Shown here: positions 10,889-19,265 of the stretch, in pieces
How the letters are laid out: each line of letters starts with the position of its first letter
How positions within the stretch are numbered: position 1 is the stretch's first letter
Source: Candidatus Latescibacterota bacterium
GTDB taxonomy: Bacteria; Latescibacterota; UBA2968; GCA-2709665
NCBI GenBank assembly: GCA_965203805.1
Contig: OZ241917.1
Location: forward strand, 224,001-288,000
DNA: 64,000 nucleotides
Direction of reading: 5' to 3'
Translations under genes and position numbers: made by a program
The notes under the pieces: generated by a model
What the model was told of the DNA's origin: nothing
Database searches by the model: none
Seen by the model: only the letters and a program-made list of their open reading frames with translations

Positions 10889-11125
10889 GTGAAATCGATT
10901 GACAAATATATCGTGATCCCTGCGGACGGCACGTTGCCACAGGATTTCCGTGAAGCATTTGGCCGGAAGGCCCGTGTCGTCGTCTACCTGCAGGACGAAG
11001 AGTTTCAAAACACACAGTCCAACCAACGCCTGATGAGCCTCGCTGGCAAAATTCAAGCATTCCGAGATGTTGACGATCCGGTTGACTTACAGCGTGATCT
11101 TCGAAATTCGTGGGAGCGCGGTTAG
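10889..11125 (+). CDS. Small orphan antitoxin-like protein (VapB-like)
   Basis: 78 aa ending LMSLAGKI...DPVDLQRDLRNSW, a pattern typical of PIN-toxin antitoxins. No toxin follows. Confidence 0.5.
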   Translation: MKSIDKYIVIPADGTLPQDFREAFGRKARVVVYLQDEEFQNTQSNQRLMSLAGKIQAFRDVDDPVDLQRDLRNSWERG

Positions 11126-11130
11126 GACCG

Positions 11131-11480
11131 ATGACTCACATTACCGACACTTTAATCGACGACATGGTTCAAGCGATCGTCGACGAAGTGGATCCCGAGC
11201 AGGTGATCCTCTTTGGCTCCCGCGGGCGCTGCGGGAGGGTAACGTGCTCTATGAGCGACGTTAAGTGTGCCAGGATGCTTCTTCGGGCGGCGGAGCGCGG
11301 GATATAACCGCACGCAGATTTATGTGCGGTCCGAGCGATTACAGGCCCTCCGCCTTGCCGCGTCGCAACCATAGTGTTGGCCCCGATGCCGAGCCCATTG
11401 ATCGACAGGACGCTCTAGCACTCGTAGAGACACTGAGGGGACACGTTGGGCCAGAGTTACCAGAAGCGGAGGCCGGGTGA
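11131..11480 (+). pseudogene. Collapsed MNT (minimal nucleotidyltransferase)-HEPN TA remnant
   Basis: MTHITDTLIDDMVQAIVDEVDPEQVILFGSRGR (MNT N-terminus) breaks off. MSDVKCARMLLRAAER and GPDAEPIDRQDALALVE resemble HEPN N- and C-termini, in different frames. Confidence 0.65.
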
Positions 11481-12661
11481 TGGCGTGGCCCATGGCGGAA
11501 TTGAACACGGTAGCCGAAATTCGGGGAGGAGCCACCCCGCGGCGCGACAACCCGATATACTGGAATGGAGACATCCCCTGGGTTACACCTACCGACCTGC
11601 CAGCGCTTGGGGAGGGCATTTCAGAGCTGGATAGTACCACAGAAGCGATCACCAACGAAGGACTTGCGTCCTGCTCAGCCCGCCTTCTTCCGCCCGGGAC
11701 GGTTCTGTTCTCTTCGCGTGCGACGATTGGAAAAGTCGGAATTGCAACTGTCCCGCTCGCGACGAACCAGGGATTCGCAAATTTCATACCTAAATCTGGA
11801 GTGGAATCGCGTTATCTCGCATGGTGTCTTCATCACGCCGCTGATCGGGTCGCAGGGCTCGCCGGCTCGACAACGTTTAAGGAGGTCTCAAAGAGCTCAT
11901 TTGGGCGTTTTCGCATCCCAATCCCACCACTCTCCGAACAACGCCACATCGTCGACATCCTCGATCAGGCCGACCGCCTCCGCCGTCTCCGAGCCGAAGG
12001 CGATGCCAAAGCAGCGCGCATTCTGCCAGCCCTTTTTATCGAAATGTTCAGTGATCCGGCGACAAATCCGATGGGGTGGCCAGTCAGGCCCTTTGACAGT
12101 GTCTGTGAGTCTCGACTTGGCAAGATGCTGGATCAAAAACAGCAGACTGGCCGACATCGACGTTTTTATCTTAGGAATGCGAATGTTTATTGGGATCGGT
12201 TGGACCTTCGCGAAGTTCTTGAGATGGACTTCGACGAGGCAGACCGCGATGAATTCAGACTAAGGAAGGGAGACGTCCTGATCTGTGAAGGTGGAGAGGT
12301 TGGTCGTTGCGCCATTTGGAATGACGAGTTACCGGAGTGCTACTTCCAAAAAGCCCTCCATCGAGCACGTCCCTTTCCGAGCACTGCGACTTCTGAGTAT
12401 ATCGTATTTCTATTTCTGTTGTTGGCGCAGCGCGGCGCTTTGCTGGACGCCGCCTCCAAGGTGACATTTTCGCACTTAACAGGCGTAAAGTTGAAAGGGC
12501 TGGCAATTCCAGTACCGCCTTTCCATCTTCAGGAACGATTCTCTTCGAAGGCGCGCGCGACAAAGAATGCTCTGGAACCGGCCGCATTGGCACAGGATAG
12601 AATCAGTTTGGCGAATACGGTCCTCTTGAACCGCGCTTACTCCGGTACACTGACAGCTTGA
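11477..12661 (+). CDS. hsdS: Type I restriction-modification specificity subunit
   Basis: Two TRDs (GGATP...IPWVTPTDL...SSRATIG; KGDVLICEGGEVGR), conserved IPIPPLSEQ and IPVPPFHLQ repeats, C-terminal LLNRAYSGTL. Confidence 0.9.
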   Translation: MMAWPMAELNTVAEIRGGATPRRDNPIYWNGDIPWVTPTDLPALGEGISELDSTTEAITNEGLASCSARLLPPGTVLFSSRATIGKVGIATVPLATNQGFANFIPKSGVESRYLAWCLHHAADRVAGLAGSTTFKEVSKSSFGRFRIPIPPLSEQRHIVDILDQADRLRRLRAEGDAKAARILPALFIEMFSDPATNPMGWPVRPFDSVCESRLGKMLDQKQQTGRHRRFYLRNANVYWDRLDLREVLEMDFDEADRDEFRLRKGDVLICEGGEVGRCAIWNDELPECYFQKALHRARPFPSTATSEYIVFLFLLLAQRGALLDAASKVTFSHLTGVKLKGLAIPVPPFHLQERFSSKARATKNALEPAALAQDRISLANTVLLNRAYSGTLTA

Positions 12662-12853
12662 ATCGAGAACTGTGCTTGAGTGAATCAGGTGCAACAAAAG
12701 CGGAAAATTGCCGAATTGTGGGGGGCCGGGGGCCGTCAATAAGCAACACGGGAGTCGGCAGGAATGCCGGAGTCCTTAGCGGGGTCGCCGGGTTGTGCCG
12801 AACAATGACTCGAATACATACCGTGATCGAACACCTGGAACCAGATTGCCGCG

Positions 12854-14566
12854 TTGGTGACCGTCATGACAAGACAAGATGTTGTGAATGGAACACAGTG
12901 TGACGCCAAAGATCTAGTGAAAAGTCGCTCGCTTGAAAATTCGACGGTGGATCCTAGACGACTCCGAGGAGTATATTACACGCCGGACGCAATAGCGGGC
13001 CTCTTGGCAGAATGGGCGATCGCAGCGGAGCCAGGCACTGTACTGGATCCCAGCTTTGGCGGATGCGCGTTTATGAACGCGGCAACGAGAGTCTTAGCTA
13101 GCAGGGGTATCTCGTATCCCGGGCGTTTAGTTTTCGGCGTAGACGTTGAACCCTCTTGCTTGGAATATGTACGCGCAAGCACAAATCTCGTTGAGACAAA
13201 CTGCACGATCAACGACTTCTTAACTCTTTTGCCCGAGGATATGCATGGTGCTCCGTTTCAGGCGGTTATCGGCAATCCGCCATACGTGCGTCACCATTGG
13301 CTCAAAGGAACCACCAGAGAGGCTGGCAGCACAGCCATAGAAGCCACGGGGGTAAACCTTTCCGGCAGGGCGAGCGCGTGGGCATATTTCCTGATTCACA
13401 CAATGAACTTTATTGCAACGAATGGTAGACTTGCGCTGCTTGTTCCCGAAGCAATCCTTCAAGCCGACTACGCTACCGCAGTCAGAGACTTCCTCCGAAG
13501 TTCCTTTAGTCATGTTTGCCTCGTTCACGTTCGCGATCGTTTATTTGAGGACACCGACGAGGCTGTTGTCGTGGTCGCTGCTTCGGAATATGGAGGCAAC
13601 GGTGGCCTTCTGCGTGTTGAAGCAGTCGAGTGCTCAGAGGAACTGGAGGCGGTTCTAAATGCTCCAAGCAGCCGGAAAGCTAGTTTACAACTCGTAACTT
13701 CGAAAGGTCGTCGCGTTGAGTCGCTGACTTTGGAAGTGCTTAGTGAATTAGAGCAACACCCGTCAGTACGGCAGATCCATGATTTCGCGACTGTGAAGGT
13801 TGGCGTGGTGACAGGTGCTAATCAACACTTCATCCGCAATGACAATGACATGAAGCACCTCGGTGTCCCCCAAGAATTTTGGGAGCGGCTAATTTCACGT
13901 ACGCGATGGCTTTCAGGATTGGAATTCACTGAAGAAGATCTTCATCGACTCGCGGACGCAGGCCATCATACAATATTGGTTCGCCCTCTGTCAACGATTG
14001 AAGAGTCTTCCGGCATCCAGCAGTGGATTGCGGAAGGCATGGAGGCAGGAATTCACGAGCGGTACAAATGTAAACTGCGACGTCCCTGGTATCGTGTCGA
14101 CTTACAGGCTGCACCGGATGCCTTCGCTACATGCACCCGTCTGGGCGCTCCCCTGCTCGTACTAAACCTAGCAGGCTGCCGATGCACCAATGCACTCCAT
14201 GCGATGTATTGGCATCAGGGAATCGAGGTCTCGCCGTCGGCCATCTCTGTAGGGTTCCTCACAAGCGCGGTCAGTGTCTGGGCCGAACTCCACGGCCGTC
14301 GGTACGGAGGAGGCGTTTTGAAGATCGAACCTAGCACCTTGAACCGAACGCCGGTACCGCTCGTTGAGAATTCGGAAGGTGCTTTCGACGAATTGAATCA
14401 ACTCATTCGATATGGCCGAGAAGCCGAAGCCAGGGCGCTGGCGGACGATCTGGTTCTTGGAGACCGATTGGGATTAACGAAGAAAGATATCCGGCGACTA
14501 CAGCGGGCACGCACGCAATTGATGGCCCAACGCCGACCCGTCAGAAATGGAAGTGACCATGCCTAA
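12854..14566 (+). CDS. N6-adenine DNA methyltransferase (gamma class, Eco57I/TaqI-like) with C-terminal TRD
   Basis: GVYYTP, LDPSFGGCAF (motif I), IGNPPYVR (motif IV), C-terminal ELHGRRYGGGVLKIEP. Exact start uncertain. Confidence 0.9.
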   Translation: MVTVMTRQDVVNGTQCDAKDLVKSRSLENSTVDPRRLRGVYYTPDAIAGLLAEWAIAAEPGTVLDPSFGGCAFMNAATRVLASRGISYPGRLVFGVDVEPSCLEYVRASTNLVETNCTINDFLTLLPEDMHGAPFQAVIGNPPYVRHHWLKGTTREAGSTAIEATGVNLSGRASAWAYFLIHTMNFIATNGRLALLVPEAILQADYATAVRDFLRSSFSHVCLVHVRDRLFEDTDEAVVVVAASEYGGNGGLLRVEAVECSEELEAVLNAPSSRKASLQLVTSKGRRVESLTLEVLSELEQHPSVRQIHDFATVKVGVVTGANQHFIRNDNDMKHLGVPQEFWERLISRTRWLSGLEFTEEDLHRLADAGHHTILVRPLSTIEESSGIQQWIAEGMEAGIHERYKCKLRRPWYRVDLQAAPDAFATCTRLGAPLLVLNLAGCRCTNALHAMYWHQGIEVSPSAISVGFLTSAVSVWAELHGRRYGGGVLKIEPSTLNRTPVPLVENSEGAFDELNQLIRYGREAEARALADDLVLGDRLGLTKKDIRRLQRARTQLMAQRRPVRNGSDHA

Positions 14567-16889
14567 GTTTACTGTCGACACGCACTTGTTTCGCGAGTTG
14601 GGGGAGCTGTTGGTCGGGCGCGACTCAACCGCGCTCATCGAACTGATCAAGAACGCCTACGATGCCGATGCGACCGAGGTTACCGTCTATGGAGAGCGGC
14701 TCGATAGTCTAGATGAAGGCGGCATTCTGATTACCGATAACGGGGTCGGTATGACCGCGGATAATTTTGAGAACGGATTCTTGCGGATCGCTTCTAGGAT
14801 GAAAGAGCACGGAGAGCGGCGATCCAACGTATTTCAACGTCGTTACACCGGCGCCAAGGGAATCGGCCGACTCGCCGCCCATAAGCTTGCCAGAAAGCTC
14901 GACGTAGATAGCGTTCCGCGAGACTCTGAGCCCGAGGGGCTTCAAGAAATCGTGCACGCCGAGATAGATTGGGATAAGATCGAGGGGTACGAAATTCTGG
15001 ATGAACTTGACGCTACCGACGCGATTCGTCTGGAAACGAAGACGGTGCACGAAAACGCCGTTCCCGGCACGACGCTCGTTCTCTCTCGGCTGCGGCGAGT
15101 CTGGACAGAAGTTGAGCGTGCGAGGTTTTTTGCCGAGGTCCAATCTTTCGATCCTCCCTCATTCCTACGCGAGCCGCTCCCTCGATCAGTCGTCGAAAAA
15201 CCACTGCTGTTCGACACGCCGACTGTCCGGGACCATGGTAACGACGCTGCGGCCTCCTCATTCAAAGTGAATCTTGAAGGGGACTTTGCTGCTGGCGAGA
15301 ACTACTGGGCGCTCGTTGCCGAGGTTGCGACTTGGGTGCTGGAGATAACGGCAGTTGCCGGCAGCGACGAAGTGCATTTTGCCATTGCGCCAACGAAAAG
15401 AACACGCAAGGATAACCCGGAAGCGAGGGAGTACTACCATTCGATCCGTCATCCCACTCCCGGAAAGGGTCCGCATTTCGAGGCACGTATCCTGGTCAGA
15501 GAAGGGCGCGTTAGCGGCAGCCGGGACCAGCGGGTGTGGGCGACGCGAGTCAGCGGAATCCGAGTTTATCTGGAAGGTTTTCGCGTCTTACCCTATGGCG
15601 AGCAACAGGACGATTGGCTCTCGATTGACGCGGACTATACGAGACGCCCGCGGCAACTCGAGATGCTTCAAGAACTCCGTCTTGGTGCAGAAGCGACCGA
15701 CCCCGACGAGGGCCTCATTCGCGTGCCGAACAACAACTACTTTGGAGCGGTTTTTCTTATCCAGGAACGCTGTCCCAATCTTCGTGTTCTCGTGAACCGA
15801 GAGGGATTCATCCCCGAGGCCGGATTTGACACATTGGTGAAACTCGTGCGGACAGGAATCGATTTTTGCACGCGCGCGAGGGCAGCAGCGGCCCACGCGC
15901 GCCGCCAACGAAGGAAGGAAGACCGTCGTCGAGAACCAAAGGCCGCATTGGGTCAGACGGGAGAGGTAGAAGCCAGTGGAGCTACAGACGAGGCGATTGA
16001 GGAGCTTGCGGCGCCCAACCGGCTTCGAGGTGCGGTTCAGCTCATGAAAAAAGCTCGCGTGCACCTCAGCGCGGGAGATACCACAACAGCCGAAGTCACC
16101 ACTAACGCGGCCCTGCAAGAACTAGGCGAAGCGACTGATCTCGTCGAGGACCTGTGGTCCGAACGATCTCTCCTGCACATCCTTGCGTCCGTGGGAACTC
16201 AGATGGCCGCTTTCGTCCATGAAATCAACGCCTTGATCGGAGCGGCACAAACCATCGAACAGGCCCTGGAATGCGTCCTCAAAGAGAAAGGGCTGTCTCA
16301 AGAACGGCGCCGAACGCTAAGGGAGATAGTTACGGTCGCCACGGACCTGAAGCGTGGGCTGGAGCGCCAGGCTGCCTATCTGATAGACATCGAAACGCCC
16401 GACGCACGCCGCCGCCGTTCGCGCCAGCGTTTAAGCGAACGCTTCGAAGCTGCGGTTCGCCTCGTTAGGCATCAAGCGGACCGCCGAGACATTGACATCG
16501 ACAATCAGATTCCATCTGAATTAAGATCTCCCCCGATGTTTCCTGCTGAGGTTACGGCGGTATTTGCCAATCTCCTGACCAATGCGGTTAAAGCCGCTGG
16601 AGAGGATGGACGTATCCGTGCTTCGGCATCCAGTGAAGGCAATCAAGTACAGATTCGTATTCAGAACACCGGTGACGCCGTCAATCTTGATGAATCAGAG
16701 CGCTTGTTTAAGCCATTCGAGTCGACGACATTGGAAGTAGACTCAGTATTGGGTCAGGGAATGGGGCTGGGGTTACCGATTACACGGAACCTGTTGGATA
16801 ACTATGGGGCGTTAATAGATTTCGTCGATCCAACCGATCCGTTCGCGACGGCTATTGAGATCACCTTTCCAGGCAGGAGTCAACCTTAG
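14559..16889 (+). CDS. GHKL (MORC/HSP90-like) ATPase fused to a C-terminal histidine kinase
   Basis: N-terminal ELIKNAYDADA, DNGVGM, GAKGIGRL, GTT. C-terminal H-box FVHEIN, N-box NLLTNAVKA, F-box LFKPFEST, G2 GMGLGL. No obvious TM helices. Confidence 0.88.
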   Translation: MPKFTVDTHLFRELGELLVGRDSTALIELIKNAYDADATEVTVYGERLDSLDEGGILITDNGVGMTADNFENGFLRIASRMKEHGERRSNVFQRRYTGAKGIGRLAAHKLARKLDVDSVPRDSEPEGLQEIVHAEIDWDKIEGYEILDELDATDAIRLETKTVHENAVPGTTLVLSRLRRVWTEVERARFFAEVQSFDPPSFLREPLPRSVVEKPLLFDTPTVRDHGNDAAASSFKVNLEGDFAAGENYWALVAEVATWVLEITAVAGSDEVHFAIAPTKRTRKDNPEAREYYHSIRHPTPGKGPHFEARILVREGRVSGSRDQRVWATRVSGIRVYLEGFRVLPYGEQQDDWLSIDADYTRRPRQLEMLQELRLGAEATDPDEGLIRVPNNNYFGAVFLIQERCPNLRVLVNREGFIPEAGFDTLVKLVRTGIDFCTRARAAAAHARRQRRKEDRRREPKAALGQTGEVEASGATDEAIEELAAPNRLRGAVQLMKKARVHLSAGDTTTAEVTTNAALQELGEATDLVEDLWSERSLLHILASVGTQMAAFVHEINALIGAAQTIEQALECVLKEKGLSQERRRTLREIVTVATDLKRGLERQAAYLIDIETPDARRRRSRQRLSERFEAAVRLVRHQADRRDIDIDNQIPSELRSPPMFPAEVTAVFANLLTNAVKAAGEDGRIRASASSEGNQVQIRIQNTGDAVNLDESERLFKPFESTTLEVDSVLGQGMGLGLPITRNLLDNYGALIDFVDPTDPFATAIEITFPGRSQP

Positions 16890-16891
16890 TC

Positions 16892-18004
16892 ATGAAGAAG
16901 ATCAATAGGCCATCAATTCTTGCAATTGACGATAAACCTGATGAATTGATTCCTCAATTCGCTCTAGATCTGAATAGCCGCGTAGCGGCACGTGTAATTC
17001 ATCCTCAGGATGTAGATATATCGGACCTTGAAGATGCCGATCTGGTTCTGGTGGACTATCGCCTGGACAGTTGGCGGGAAAGGGACGTTCTCTCGACCGC
17101 TTCACTACAGCCAGCAACGGGAATGGCTCTAGCGACTATTCTGAGAGAGCTGGTAGATAAAAATGAAAGAGATAGATTGACGGCATTTGCGTTGCATACG
17201 GCTCATCTCGGCGATATTAGAGGCCGTTTTCCTTCAGGGACGGCTCAACACGTTCTTGCGCGTCTGAACAACCTGGAGTGGATTTTTCCTAAGACAGAAC
17301 CTAATCGTCATTACCAGATGCTTCTTCTTGCGAAGGCCGTACAACGACTTCCTGACCGATGGCCGGATAACTCGACTTCAACGGCAAGGCAGCTTCTCGA
17401 TATGGATGAGGACGACGATTCGTTTCAGAGTTGCTGGCACGATGTTCGAGACTGCCGGGTGCCAATTAATGAGTTGACGACAGGTGGACACGGCATCCTT
17501 TTCATACGATGGTTGCTTCATCAAGTATTGCCGTATCCCACCTTTTTGTGGGCAGAGCATTGGGTTGCGGCGCGCCTTGCAATTTCGGTTGGTGTCCTTC
17601 GCGATATACTGGCGGGAGATAGTCTTTTGGCTAAAGACTTGAAAGCCATGCGCTATTCTGGGATTCTGGCGGGATTTCTCGGAGTTAGGTGGTGGCGAGG
17701 TGCTCTCGAGGACTACGTTTGGAAATTATCAGGAGGATCCACGGCTGATGCACAACTATTGCGGAACGCCCTAGTCAAGCGTGCAGGGGTGGATTTGGAT
17801 CAAATTGACGCGCATCCTGCAGTCGTTTGTATGGACAGGGATTTACAGCCCACCGGCAAGTTTTTAACGCCAATGACCGCGATTGCTATCCACCCGGACC
17901 ACTGGCCCCCATTTGCTGACGCAGCCTGGATAGACATCGAAACCGTGAGACATGACACTACTTTGCTGTCCATGGTGGATCCTCTTGACCCTCGCCTTGA
18001 ATGA
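16892..18004 (+). CDS. Receiver (REC)-domain protein with unknown C-terminal domain
   Basis: ILAIDD, DLVLVDY (phospho-acceptor Asp), LHTAH, WIFPKT. Starts 2 nt after the kinase stop. Confidence 0.75.
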   Translation: MKKINRPSILAIDDKPDELIPQFALDLNSRVAARVIHPQDVDISDLEDADLVLVDYRLDSWRERDVLSTASLQPATGMALATILRELVDKNERDRLTAFALHTAHLGDIRGRFPSGTAQHVLARLNNLEWIFPKTEPNRHYQMLLLAKAVQRLPDRWPDNSTSTARQLLDMDEDDDSFQSCWHDVRDCRVPINELTTGGHGILFIRWLLHQVLPYPTFLWAEHWVAARLAISVGVLRDILAGDSLLAKDLKAMRYSGILAGFLGVRWWRGALEDYVWKLSGGSTADAQLLRNALVKRAGVDLDQIDAHPAVVCMDRDLQPTGKFLTPMTAIAIHPDHWPPFADAAWIDIETVRHDTTLLSMVDPLDPRLE

Positions 18005-18741
18005 AGATGAACAGGAAAATAATAATGGCTGGATTACGGTTTAAGGTGATTGAACTTGTACAGGAAACCAAAGCAATGATAACCATGGGAACAGGTTTCT
18101 TTGATTCGCGAACATCGTGGGCATTGGACCAGTTCCTGCGCGATCTCCAAAGGATTGGTAGTAGGGTACATACAGGAAGTTCTCGGTTGGTGCTACAATG
18201 CCTTCACACTAAACCGAGCGACAAATACGAGGCTGGTCGACGTCGAGGTGGTAAACGGATACACGCGGTAATTGCAGGCACTTGGGATCTGCGACCGTTA
18301 GAGAAGCGCGAGATAGAATTCTGCGGGATCGCTTCTACTAAGGTCGAATTGTACGCTTCGGACGATCCGAACGAACGCTTGGCAATGTGGCGTTTGGAAC
18401 TGGGTGCTGAGGACAGCCCGGGCTGCTACGTACACGCTCAGATACTGGGGGACACCGAAAAACCGCCATTCCCCAAATCACTACCGATTCCCAGATTACC
18501 TAGCCTCTTCGTCACTCCAATGAGCGCTGTAGAGTTCGTACTCTGCGAACTTTTCCAGGACGATTGGGCTAAGGCGATCGCTAAAAAGAGTCACGCGGCC
18601 GACGATTGGCGTGCGCTGCAAAAAAAGTGGCTCCATAAGCTGTTTTCATGGTACAGAGAACAAATAGAAAAAGCGGGTTCCTCTTCTTGGGTGACATTAA
18701 AGGAGGCGAAGCCAAAACACAATATGTTTCTTCCACGTTGA
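18001..18741 (+). CDS. Hypothetical protein, fourth gene of the MTase-HK-REC operon
   Basis: 246-aa ORF with ATGA overlap to the REC gene. Contains CYVHAQI...IPRLPS...TP. Confidence 0.7.
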   Translation: MKMNRKIIMAGLRFKVIELVQETKAMITMGTGFFDSRTSWALDQFLRDLQRIGSRVHTGSSRLVLQCLHTKPSDKYEAGRRRGGKRIHAVIAGTWDLRPLEKREIEFCGIASTKVELYASDDPNERLAMWRLELGAEDSPGCYVHAQILGDTEKPPFPKSLPIPRLPSLFVTPMSAVEFVLCELFQDDWAKAIAKKSHAADDWRALQKKWLHKLFSWYREQIEKAGSSSWVTLKEAKPKHNMFLPR

Positions 18742-18881
18742 ATTCCCAAGGTTGGCATGTCACGTTTGCCGCAGACAACTCCGTTCCAAGGAGTTGAGCA
18801 CCCAGATAGATATCGCTTGCGGACCCGATTTTTTAAGTCTCCTTTGCCGCACAGTGAAATTAGAGACTTCATCGTTAGTCA

Positions 18882-19106
18882 ATGAACAATAAGATAATCA
18901 GCAGGAATCCCGGCATCCTCTGCGAAACCCCCGTGTTCTCTGGGACCAGGGTGTCGATACGTATTCTGTTCGAATACTTGGAAGCAGGGGACCGTCTCGA
19001 AGACTTCCCTGACAGCTACCCCACGGCGTCACGCGATCAGGCGATTGAAGTACTCAAAACCGCGAAGATGACGCTGACCGGGAAATCGGATGAAGCTGTT
19101 GTTTGA
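18882..19106 (+). CDS. DUF433-family antitoxin
   Basis: ISRNPGIL..TPVFSGTRV...LEAGD.LEDF..SYP. Confidence 0.85.
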   Translation: MNNKIISRNPGILCETPVFSGTRVSIRILFEYLEAGDRLEDFPDSYPTASRDQAIEVLKTAKMTLTGKSDEAVV

Positions 19107-19222
19107 CAAGTCCCTGCCGATACCGCTCGAAGCTTACTTCCCGGGATCATTTGATATACTTACGGTTTAGCGCATGGACTGGACGAGGTAATCAAACGGT
19201 GAGCTACTGTACCTGCCGCTTC
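19090..19222 (+). pseudogene. DUF5615 PIN-like toxin remnant
   Basis: Reads MKLLFDKSLP...TV*RMDWTR*SNGELL, with in-frame stops at 19,168 and 19,189, then truncates. Confidence 0.75.
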
Positions 19223-19265
19223 CACGCACCGGTACGGCCGGACACAACCGCCGGGAATCTCGGAT

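Noticed and set aside
11477-14566. HsdS plus the downstream MTase as a type I M2S complex
   Set aside because: The MTase lacks an HsdM N-terminal domain, appears to have its own TRD, is ~190 nt away and is coupled to the kinase gene instead.
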